From contig MCFH01000020.1 in the NCBI GenBank assembly GCA_002104945.1, positions 682,001 to 746,000 of the forward strand: a stretch of DNA of 64,000 bases. The letters run 5' to 3'. The first letter of the stretch is position 1. Each line of letters begins with the position of its first letter. The DNA comes from Piromyces finnis finn (Eukaryota; Fungi; Neocallimastigomycota). Positions 26,055-37,207 of the stretch are shown here, in pieces. A program made the translations under genes and the position numbers. The notes beneath the pieces were generated by a model that saw only the letters and a program-made list of their open reading frames with translations, ran no database searches and was not told where the DNA came from.

Positions 26055-26244
26055 GTTTTTATATTATAAAAATAATTTTTAGACAAATGAATACAAAAAG
26101 TTTAATTTTAAAAAAATGTCTTTTTAAAAAAATTACTGACTATCCCTTTAGTGTTTTCAAATTCTTTTACAAACCCAAAAACAACTAAAGGAAAGACTCA
26201 ATAATTTTTTAAAAAAAATTATTCAAACAAACAAAATTCACAAA
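26055..26244 (-). other. ITS1 spacer fragment contiguous with the orphan 5.8S copy
   Basis: Minus strand has tttgtgaattttgttt...aataattttttt, a cctttagt..gtttt / aaaacactaaaggg stem, aaagacatttttttaaaattaaac and tttttgtattcatttgtctaaaa...aaaaac directly before the 5.8S start. These match Neocallimastigales ITS1 motifs as remembered. Confidence 0.75.
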
Positions 26245-26892
26245 TTTTATTTTAAAATTGAATGGAAGCAAAGCATAATTAAATGAAAAACATAAATTTT
26301 AAAAATATCAAATAACTTTTTTATATATATGTAACATTCACTTGTTTCACAAAATTAGGGTGTTAAATATAAAGTTATACCTTTAATTAAAAAAGCATAA
26401 AATACTTTTTTTTTTTTATAATATTATTAGAAATTGAAAATTAATAAAAAGTAGTAATAAAAATAATAAACATTTCTAATCTATACTTTTTTGAATGGAA
26501 AATTAATTAGAAAATTATTAAAATATTTGTTATTTACATCATAGGGATATAATAAATCTATTTAATTAAAACTCAGTTGTATTAAATTTGCTATGATGTA
26601 AAAAACTTAATATGTGTTATTTATTTATACTTTTTTTTTTCATTAAACATAGATTTATTATAATTAGTATATATTTATAATATATATTCAATTAAATATT
26701 AATATACGTATACATATATGCTTTTTTTTTTTTTTAAATTATAATAAGATTTAATTAAATAAAAAGTTTTAAGAACCTTCATTTAAGAAAAAATATATTT
26801 AAATTTTAATTGTATTTTTTGTCATATGTTTAATATAGTTAATTTATATAAAATATAATATAATAATTATAATTATTATTTATGAAAATGTG

Positions 26893-26971
26893 AAAATTGG
26901 ATAAAGCAACAATTAAATATAATAATAATAATTATATTTTTTATAAATTAATTGTTGCTTTATCCAATTTT
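26893..26971. repeat. Perfect 24-bp inverted repeat with a 31-nt spacer
   Basis: aaaattggataaagcaacaattaa (26893-26916) and ttaattgttgctttatccaatttt (26948-26971) are exact reverse complements. Confidence 0.95.
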
Positions 26972-26993
26972 TATATTTATTAATTATTTTTAC

Positions 26994-27051
<58 letters not shown>

Positions 27052-28406
27052 TAATTTATTTAATTTAATTAAAAAGTGATATAAAATATAAATTATAAAC
27101 CTTAATTATTATAAATTGGTAAATTTATAATAATTACATAAAATCTATAAATTTATTTATTACAAGAGTCTTATGCTCTAGTTTTGGTATATTTAAATGA
27201 CGATTATCACGAGAATTTTTTACATAAATAAATGTTATTTCTTATTTTATTAATGTTTCTATATTTATTTTATATAGTGTTATTAATTCTATTATATCTA
27301 TACATTATTACTAGTTCTAAATAAAGTTTCATATTAATTACTCTTAAAATATATTAGAAAAATGAATTATTAAAAAAACATTGTAATTTAATAAAGTATT
27401 TAATCCTAAAACCCCTTAAAAACAAAATTGTATTGAACCGAGTTATATCAAAAGTTTAAAAGTTTTTTTTTTTTTATAATACCTCCAACAAATAAATAAA
27501 AATAAACAAAGCCAAGTGGACAATAAAAATTAAAACTTTAAAAGTCTAAATTTTTTTTAATTTTAAATAAAAAAAATATAATCCTTTTTTTATATATGTA
27601 ATTATTAGGAATAGTAATTATTACTTAAAAAAAAAAACAAAAAAACATTTTATAAAAATAATGAATAAAATAATTATTTAAAAAGTCAACATTTTTCTTT
27701 TTTTATTTTTTTATTATTAAATTCATTCATACTATAATCTGTCATTACATTTACATTAAGCATATGCATTATGTATATTACATTAAAAATGATATATTAT
27801 AGAATTTAATAATTAAAAAATATTAATATTTAAAGTTCATAAACATTCTATTATTTAAGCCACATTGATGGATTATATATTGTAATAAATCTATTTGTCA
27901 TATTATCATTATATTAAAAAATTATATTATGTTTAATATTAAATAAGTCTATTTTATTTAATAAAACAATATATTAATATAAATATATTATATATCATAT
28001 AATATATTATATAAAATTAAAAAAAAAGTTTTTTTTTTTAAAAAAATTTATTAAAAATTTGTATGTCAATTAAGTTTTCCTTTTTTTTTTTTTTCATTTT
28101 TTTATTTAATTTTTTATTTTTTAGCATCCGTTAAGAAAACGTTTTTTTTTAAAAAAAAAAGTACATAAAAAAATAATTATGGAATTATTTTTAAAAATAA
28201 ATACTAAGCATTTCATTAAAGTATTATTTTTTAAGAAATAATAATTCTAACAATAGATATATAATAATAATAATAATAAAAATTAATTGATAAAATATTT
28301 TCATAACATATAGAAAATCGCAAATTTTGATATTGTATTGTAATTTAACAACCTTTTTTTTTTTTAAAGTATTTTTTTTTTTATTATAAAAAAAAATAAC
28401 AATTAT

Positions 28407-28439
<33 letters not shown>

Positions 28440-28665
28440 TACACATTCAAAATAATAATACCATCTTTGTAAATATAAAAAAAAATCATCAATATTTGTA
28501 TATATTTCACATTTTAAAGATCATATGTATATAGATATTTAAACCTATTTTTAATTCCTTTGTTTAAGATTTTATCTCTGAAAAGAAAATAATAAGAAAA
28601 TAAATTATAATTTATATACCAATTTTTTGATAATTATTTAAAAACAAAGTATAAGATTATTCAAC

Positions 28666-30816
28666 ATGTATAATGGAAATATTACACATTCATTAGATAG
28701 AAATCATTCTCTATCACTTTTTTATTCAAGGAGAACACCTAGTAAAGCAAAGCCTATTAAAAAACAATCAAAATTTTTACTTCCTACTGGTGAAAATTTA
28801 TCACCAATAAAAGATAATGTTATTACACCATATAATTCAACGACAACACCAATACTAGTTCATTCATTAAGTGATATGTCATTAAAAAATGATACCAATC
28901 ATTTAGAACCAGATGATTCACCAACACCAGCAAGTCGTTATTCTATAATTAAACCAAATGTTGGAAAACAAAATATAAATAATAATAATCTTCAAGAAAA
29001 ATCCTTGCCTTTATATCCAAATAGTATTTCCCAAAAATTAAATAATAAATCAAATATAAACAATAAAGATGAAGATTTCCAAAATATGTTAACTCTACCA
29101 AAATTTCAAAGAAGAACAGCACGTATGGCAGTAGTAGTATCAGAGAGAAAACCAGTAAATCTATTTACTAACCAGTTAAAAGAGGAAAAAAATAAAATAA
29201 ATAATACATTAGAATTAAAAAATGAAATTTCTAATAATGAAAAGAGTAAAATGAATTTAGATGAACAAAATACAAATTTAGATAATTGTCCTCATTCAGA
29301 AGGTTTTTTAAATAGTGATGGTATATGGGAAGATCCCACACTTTCTCAAAGTGAATCAAGGTGCCTTCAAACAACTATGGTAGACAATATTATGAAAACA
29401 AATGAAAATTATGAATCAGTAATAGACAAAAATAATAATGATAAAATGTTGATGTGGGATTTTGAAGAAGACAATAAATTCAATGATAAGGAAAATATTA
29501 TACCCGACGATTATAAAGGTGGAATATTAGCAGAACGTGAATGGTGTGACCTTGGAAATGATGATGATTCCATAATGGAAGAGTACGATGATCTTTCAAA
29601 ATCAACATTACAAAAAGGTAAAAAACAAAGTAATGGTATGATTAAAAAAAGTGAAAATCAGCATGTGAGATATGCATTTCAAGAGATATCTATTAATTCC
29701 ATGCCAGAATATCAAATGAACTCTACAGATTGTTATAGTGTATACTCTAACAGTAGTTTTGGAAGTGCCTGTGATTCTCAATTCATGAATACTCCAAAGA
29801 AATATTTTGGTAGTTATAAAATGAACAATTCCTTCTCAAATAGTTTAACCAATAATAGTAATATAGATAATAATGATTCTACTCCATCATTCTTCAATAC
29901 ATTACCTCTCAAAACAATGAAAGTTAACGCTTCATCATCTTCTACAAACCCAAAAAAAATAATGAATACAAAAAAAATAGTGTATCAACTTTGTGGAGTA
30001 CCTGACATAAATGCGGTTCATAAGCGCTCTATAGCAAAATCAAAAGGAAACATTAAAATAGAAAAAAAAGGTTTAGAAATTGATAATCCATCCTTTATGA
30101 ATTCTTCACCAATAATATCAAAATCTTCTATACTATCACCATCACTTTTACTATCTTCACCTTTCGTAAGAAATGGTTTTTCATCGCCATTGGTTCAAAC
30201 GAATACTAATTATTATATTAACCCCCCAAGAAGAAAAAAAATACATTTAGGAGATAATCAGAATAATGAACTAATTACCGAAAAAGATACCATAAGTACT
30301 TTAGTGCATCAAGATATTGAAGATGATACAACCCCAAAACCACCTAAAGTTAAATCCTTATTATCTTCTTCATTTGATAATAATAATTTATCTTCTTCAG
30401 AATGTAAGTCAGTACCTGTAGCTGAAAAAATAGCATCAAAGGAAAATTTAAAAATTTTAGAGTCCTCACAAACAAATGAAAAAGAAGAAGAAACTGTATT
30501 TTTCCCTCACTATCATTCAAAATATCATAACCAAGCAAATGATAAGAAGTTAGATATTGAAGAAAAGATAATTGCAGATGAGACTTTTCTTTCTCAAACC
30601 AGTAGTATGATGAGTATTAGTCCTTCAACACTTTCAAAAATTAATGAAACTCATCAAAGTTTCCTTCAATTGAACCAAAATCTTGATATTGTAGCAGAGG
30701 AAGCTTCAGCCAATACTTCTATCAATCTACCCAGAAGAAATAGAATATCCGTTGAAGACAAAAAGAAAGAATTATTAAGTAGAAGAAAATCAAGAATAAA
30801 GAAATACGTTTTTTAA
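28666..30816 (+). CDS. Hypothetical low-complexity (N/S/K/E-rich), probably disordered protein, 716 aa
   Basis: Uninterrupted 2.15-kb ORF with coding-like GC in AT-only surroundings; basic C-terminus KKKELLSRRKSRIKK; no recognised domain. Confidence 0.8.
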   Translation: MYNGNITHSLDRNHSLSLFYSRRTPSKAKPIKKQSKFLLPTGENLSPIKDNVITPYNSTTTPILVHSLSDMSLKNDTNHLEPDDSPTPASRYSIIKPNVGKQNINNNNLQEKSLPLYPNSISQKLNNKSNINNKDEDFQNMLTLPKFQRRTARMAVVVSERKPVNLFTNQLKEEKNKINNTLELKNEISNNEKSKMNLDEQNTNLDNCPHSEGFLNSDGIWEDPTLSQSESRCLQTTMVDNIMKTNENYESVIDKNNNDKMLMWDFEEDNKFNDKENIIPDDYKGGILAEREWCDLGNDDDSIMEEYDDLSKSTLQKGKKQSNGMIKKSENQHVRYAFQEISINSMPEYQMNSTDCYSVYSNSSFGSACDSQFMNTPKKYFGSYKMNNSFSNSLTNNSNIDNNDSTPSFFNTLPLKTMKVNASSSSTNPKKIMNTKKIVYQLCGVPDINAVHKRSIAKSKGNIKIEKKGLEIDNPSFMNSSPIISKSSILSPSLLLSSPFVRNGFSSPLVQTNTNYYINPPRRKKIHLGDNQNNELITEKDTISTLVHQDIEDDTTPKPPKVKSLLSSSFDNNNLSSSECKSVPVAEKIASKENLKILESSQTNEKEEETVFFPHYHSKYHNQANDKKLDIEEKIIADETFLSQTSSMMSISPSTLSKINETHQSFLQLNQNLDIVAEEASANTSINLPRRNRISVEDKKKELLSRRKSRIKKYVF

Positions 30817-32122
30817 ATACTCTTTTTATTTTAATAAGCGGAAAAGAGTTATACATTTTTATGTTTATTTATGTTATGTGAAAAGAAAAAAATCACATGA
30901 AATAAATAAATAATTAAAAAAAAAAAAAAGTAACTCTTGTATATTTATAGAAATTTCATTTCATTTCTACAAAAAATGAAATAAAATTTCAATAGACTTT
31001 TTTTCACACCCTTTAAAATTTTGTATATTAATTTAATTTAATAATATATATATAATATATATATAATTTTATAATTGCTTTTTTTTTTTTTTTTTCACAT
31101 TTTATTATTGTTTTATTAGAATGTTTTTTAAAGAAAAAAAAAAACCATACCATCTTAATCATTAATTTATTATTGTTTTTTTTTTTTTTTTAGTTTTATA
31201 ATTTATTAATTTTATTTTTTATAAAAAAAAACATTTTATCATCATTTAATTAATCACCTAAAAAGATAAATTATAAATAGTTATATAAGCTATTTTTAAA
31301 TTAATTATTACAATTGTTTTTATTCAACTCCTTCTACCAAACCAAATTTTAATATACCATTATTTTTTTTTTTTTATTTTATTTCATTTCATCTTTTAAT
31401 TCACAAAGAATCAAATAAATATTAAATTAAAAATTAGCTAAAAAAAAAAATGTATATTTTAATTAAAGCTTATTTTTTTTTTTAATACCAAAAAGAAAAA
31501 ATATTTAAAATAAACTATTCATGATGATTATTAAATTTTAGATTAATAATAATTATAAATTTAGCCAAATTTATGTCATATAATTAAATAATATTTCTTC
31601 ATAAACATTCTTTTTTAATAAAGGTATTCATTACATAGTTTTCATAGTTATGAAAAAAAAAGGTTTGAATAATAATAATAATAATAATAATAATTCCATT
31701 TTACCATTAAATTTTTTTTTTTTTAATGATTTTAAAAAGTAAAAATATTTATAAAATTATTATCCATGAATAATAAAATGGTTACATTATGAATTGTCCA
31801 AGTGTTTTTTTTTTTATTTCTCTAACCTATTAATAAAAATTTCATTTAATAAAAACTTATTTAGAAATAAACATTTTAAAGTTTGAATTAATTAATTAAT
31901 TTAAAAAAAAAATTTAAACTTTAATAAAAAAAGTTTTATATGGATGGTATAGTTATTGTTTGAACAATAATATAAATATTTTATAAAGTATTATGATAAT
32001 ATCAAGAATATAGTATAATAATTATAATTGTATTTAACTAAGATAATATCAAAATGATAATATATAAGTTAAAAAAAAACTTTTTTTATATAAAGTGAAA
32101 AAGCCTATTTAAAGATAAACTG

Positions 32123-32153
<31 letters not shown>

Positions 32154-34516
32154 GTTTTCATTTAAATGATTTTGTTTCACATTCATATATAATTTACTAT
32201 AAATAGAAAAAAAAATTTTATGTGACGATTAAAATTTAATATATTTCTATTACATTGAAGAAACATAATAAAACATGCTTAGCATGGTCATATTAATGGA
32301 GAATTATTTTAATTTAATGCAATACCTCTACCAGAATAAAGCTTTTTATAGTATTAAAAATAAGAAAATAAATATTAATATGCCATTAATTTATAGTATT
32401 ATATCAATAATATCACTTTTTTTATTATTATTATTATTATGATTGTAAAAAGTGTTTAATTTTATTATTTATTGTCTTTTTTTTTTTTCCTTTCATTTGA
32501 AGCAATAAATCAATACTACCGTACTAGATAACTAATATATACAAGATTTTTAATAAAAAATATATTAATTTCCGGTTGATAATATATTATTTTATATATA
32601 TTTTTAAATATAAAATCAATTCTTTAATCCCTATTTTTTTTATTATTCATCTAGTAATTACTAGTAATTTTTTTTTACTTTAAAAACTTTTTTAAATATT
32701 TTGTCTCTTATTTAAAATGCTATAAAAATATTATTTTAATAGGAAAAACAAATTAATTTTTATCAATCCTTTTTATACACAAAAAATATATAAATAATGG
32801 TATTTATAAATCTTATTTATTTTGTATAATAATTAAGGTTTAATGAAACAAGGTACTAAGAAATAAAATTTTGAAACAAAATACTCTGCAAATAAAATTA
32901 AAAAAATATAAATTGTAATGATTATTAATTTAAATTAATGTTACACCGTTACACCATGAAAGACATTTTTTTTTCTACAGCAAATTTGTTAAGTTGTCTT
33001 GATATATTAATAATAAAGCAGAGTAAAAGTATTTAATAGATAATGTATAATAAAGTTAACTATTATCTTATTATTTTATAATTATTAAGGATATAATCCT
33101 TTCGATAAAATTATTTATTTATATTATAATATAAATATAAAAAAAGCGACATTTCATTTGTATTTTTTTAAATTCCTTTTCTCTTTTATAACATATTTGA
33201 TGGTTCAATTTTTATCACTTTTTTATTAATAATCCGTGTGGTCTATCACCCCTGAACTTTTTACTTAAATATAATATTTGATATGATATAATTTTAATAT
33301 AAAAAAATTTTTTATTTCTAATTTCAATTATTTTTTTTTTAATTAATATTTGTTTTACTATTATTATCAAAATAAAAAAATAAGAATAACAGTAAGTTAT
33401 TATTTAACTATTTCTCCTTATATTTAAATATAACAAAATAGGAAGAACATATATTAACATCAATAGCATAAAAATATAAATAATATAGTAAAATAAGAAA
33501 ATAATATTAGCTTTATTATAATGTAAAAGTTTTTTAAATTCGTGATAAGGATAGTTTTATTTATTATATTACTTTTAATTAATAAATGTTTTAATTTACA
33601 TTTTTTAAATTTTATATTTATTTTTTTTTTAAATAAAAAAAAAATAGTCAACCTTTATAAACTTTAATTGATATAGTTTTAAGTATTATAATTAATAGTA
33701 TTATATTAAAAAAAAAAGAAAATTTTTAAATTAATTTTTTTTCCTTTAAAAGTGACATTTTAATATGAATTAAATATTTGGAGTTTTAGAAAATAGGTTT
33801 GTGTTACATTCATGAAAACAAGAACCAGTAATATTTATTAATTTTAAAACTTTATATTAAACTTTATTACTAAATAAAATTTTGGTGTGACTAATAGAAA
33901 TTTAAAGTATTAATTGACTTAACTTTATTGGTAATATATAGATTTAAATGAAAATATACAAATTTATATTATTTTAATATATATTTTAAAATTAATATTA
34001 ATATATAATAATTAAAGTTTAGCATATAAAATGTTTGAGAATTAAATTTAGTTTAATATATGATTTGAGATATAAAAGTTTATTTATATTAAATTTTTTA
34101 TCCATAAATCATTTTTAATATTAATTTTTCTATTCAATATATTAGAATTGTTTTATATTTAATATTTTTCTATTTTATATTAGTATTTAATAGAAAATAA
34201 AATATATTATTTATATAATCTTTTTTTTTTTTTATATAAATATTGTTATTTTCGACTTTCATTTTAAACAACTAAATATAATTTCTTTTTTAGTTATTAA
34301 CTAAATAAAAAAAAATTATTTGATTATAATTTTTTTACCTTTTCAAATAATAAAAAAGCAAGAAGTAAAAAAAAAATTCACTGGCTGAATTTTTATAAAC
34401 AACAAAAAAGGATTTATTTTTAAAAAAAAATACACAATAAAGAACAATCTACATTAAAACTATAAACATTATTATAATAATATTTTAGTTTAATATAATA
34501 AAAATAAAAAATCAAA

Positions 34517-35908
34517 ATGAAATTTAGTACTGTTTTAGCTTCTTCTATTTTAGCTGCAGGAGCTTTAGCCTCCTCTTGTCACCCAAGTTACCCATGTTGT
34601 AACGGTTGTGATGTTACCTACGTTGATAACGAAGGTGAATGGGGTGTTCAAAACAACAACTGGTGTTTCATCGACAGTGGTAAGTGTCATCCATCTAGTT
34701 GTAAATTCGAAGCTCTTGGTTACAGTTGCTGTTCCAACTGTGGACCAGTTTACTTCACTGATTCTGATGGTAAGTGGGGTGTTGAAAACGGTAACTGGTG
34801 TGGTATTCCAGATAACTGTGGTAACAGTGGTTCTAGAACCACTACTAGAACTACCACTAGAACCACCACCACTAGAACCACTACTACCAGAAAGACTTAC
34901 CCAACTGTTACTCCATCTTTCTTCAGTAGTGGTAACATTTACAGTAATGGTCAATACCAAAATGAAGTCCAATCATCTGTCAATAAATTAAGTGGTAATT
35001 TACAACAACAAGCTTCTAGAGTTAAGTACACTCCAACTGCTGTTTGGTTAGCTTGGTACGGTGCTCCAGGAGAAGTTAGTGGTCACCTTGGTGCTGCTGG
35101 TGGTAACACTGCAGTCTTCATGATGTACTGGATTCCAACTCGTGATTGTAACAGTAACGCTTCTCAAGGTGGTGCTAGTGACTTAAACGCTTACAAGAAC
35201 TACGTTGACAGTGTTTACAATTCCTTCAGATCTCACTCCAACAGCAAGATTGTTGTTGTTGTTGAACCAGATACTCTTGGTAACATGGTTACTTCTCAAG
35301 GTAACGAAAACTGCAGAAGAACTGCTGTTATTCACAAGGAAGCTCTTGCTTACTGTATTAACAAGTTCGGTAGTCTTAACAATGTCCAAGTTTACCTCGA
35401 TGCTGGTCACAGTGCTTGGTTAACTGGTTACGAAGATGAAACTGCCGAAATCATTAAGGAAATCTTAGATATGGCTCCACAAGGTAAGATTCGTGGTTTC
35501 TCTACCAACGTTTCTAACTTCCAACCAATTGAAAAGGAATATGCTTACCATACTAGACTTTACGATGCTCTTGAAAAGGTCGGTGTTAAGAACATGAGAT
35601 TCATTATGGATACTTCTCGTAATGGTGTTGATATTAGTGAAGCTTTTGCTAAGACTAAGACTTGGTGTAACCTTGTTGGTACTGGTTTTGGTGAACGTCC
35701 AAAGGGTAACCCAGATACCGTTAACATGCCATTATTAGATGCTTACATGTGGTTAAAGCCACCAGCAGAATCTGATGGTTCTTCTCAAGGTTCTCGTGCT
35801 GATCCAGTTTGTGCTCGTTCCGACTCTCTTCCAGGTGCTCCAGAAGCTGGTTCCTGGTTCCACGATTACTTTGTTCAATTATTAAAGAACGCTAACCCAC
35901 AATTTTAA
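34517..35908 (+). CDS. celA: Cellulosomal GH6 cellulase (CelA-like): signal peptide, two N-terminal dockerins, Thr/Arg linker, GH6 domain; 463 aa, intronless
   Basis: Two YPCC/YSCC...WGV.N.NWC dockerins; RTTTRTTT linker; GH6 motifs IPTRDC, VEPDTLGNMVT, YLDAGH, GFSTNVSN, DTSRNG, WCN, DAYMWLKPPAESDG and APEAGSWFHDYFVQLLKNANP. Confidence 0.95.
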   Translation: MKFSTVLASSILAAGALASSCHPSYPCCNGCDVTYVDNEGEWGVQNNNWCFIDSGKCHPSSCKFEALGYSCCSNCGPVYFTDSDGKWGVENGNWCGIPDNCGNSGSRTTTRTTTRTTTTRTTTTRKTYPTVTPSFFSSGNIYSNGQYQNEVQSSVNKLSGNLQQQASRVKYTPTAVWLAWYGAPGEVSGHLGAAGGNTAVFMMYWIPTRDCNSNASQGGASDLNAYKNYVDSVYNSFRSHSNSKIVVVVEPDTLGNMVTSQGNENCRRTAVIHKEALAYCINKFGSLNNVQVYLDAGHSAWLTGYEDETAEIIKEILDMAPQGKIRGFSTNVSNFQPIEKEYAYHTRLYDALEKVGVKNMRFIMDTSRNGVDISEAFAKTKTWCNLVGTGFGERPKGNPDTVNMPLLDAYMWLKPPAESDGSSQGSRADPVCARSDSLPGAPEAGSWFHDYFVQLLKNANPQF

Positions 35909-37207
35909 GTAGTTTATTGATTATTTACTTGTATTTATTTAATTTTTAATATATATAATAGAAATGTAGAATTTTAATTGTGTTTTTTTTTTTATTTTAA
36001 TAAATAGTAAATTAAATAAAATAATAAAAAAAAAATATTTAAAAAAAATTAAACTATATTTTAATTTATAATAAGAATTAAATAAAGTTAAAATGTATAA
36101 GAAGAAGATGTAAATAGGGAAAATACAATATAAATTATGTATTTTTTAAAATATTAAAAAAAAAAAAATAAAATAAAAAATTTTAAAATATTAAAATTTA
36201 TGGTTAAAATTTTCTTTTTTATTCATTATTGAAATACAAAAATATAAAAGAAATTTGTTTTAAAATTTTACCAAAACCAGAATTTCTTTATTTATCAACG
36301 AAATTTAATCTTTACTTTTTTTTAATTTTTATTGAAAATGTCAGATAATTTACATTTATAATACACTTTTTTTTTTTTTTTTTTTGAAATATAAAACATG
36401 ATTGACAATTAAATTGTTGTTTCACTTCCTATGCTTGATGAATCCCTCTTGGGTACGTGCCTTCATTTATTTAATAAATGTAGTTTCTCAAGGGGTCTAC
36501 TCATGCTCATGGTACTGAGAGAGTAGAAAGAATTAAATCCAAGTATTGCGCAATGGATGCTTGGTTAGTCTTTAAGGGAAAATTATTAGGACTAAGCTCA
36601 TGGTACTGAGCGATTAAAAAACATTTTATTCATCGAATTTAAGTATTTGATGAATAAGTGAATGTTTGATTTTCAGGTAAGTTTGTATAGTATTTAATTA
36701 GAAGAGTAATACATTTTGTTGCTGTATTTTTTCTTTTATTCATGTATTCCTGTAGTACTACTCTTCTCTTGTAAGAATCCAATGTAGTCAACTTTAGCAT
36801 TTGCATTGTATTTTTATATTCATGTAGCTATTGTTGTATTGTTTCTTGTAAGAGACTGGTTCACTCTACATCATGTAAAAATACTATTCACAAGCTTTCT
36901 GGTGTCGGCATTCTTGATTCAAATTTTTTACCAATTTAAATATTTAATGAAAAGTAAAGTCAAACAATTTTAGTGTCAAAAAGCGAATCGAATTTACTAA
37001 CAACAAACCAAAACTAGAATTTTTAAAGAAAATTTACAACTAGAATTCAAAAAAAGAAACTTTAAACAAAGCATCGTAACAATTTTTGTACTATCCAGTA
37101 CTTTTAAGAAGAGAGAGAGAGACAGATTTTTTTCCATATACGTTATATTTATAATTTTTATTAGTATTTATTTTATATTCAATATTTTTTAATTAGAATT
37201 AATTATC

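Noticed and set aside
25940-26188. 82-aa plus-strand ORF (MQYAFKDSMIH...)
   Set aside because: It is the antisense reading of the 5.8S/ITS1 fragment.
33235-33265. GC-richer patch ccgtgtggtctatcacccctgaactt as a DNA-transposon terminal repeat
   Set aside because: No matching inverted partner found in the window, so it cannot be supported.
34565-35423. Overlapping ORFs 34565-34972, 34608-34991, 35183-35410 and 35205-35423
   Set aside because: Shadows of the strongly codon-biased GH6 gene.
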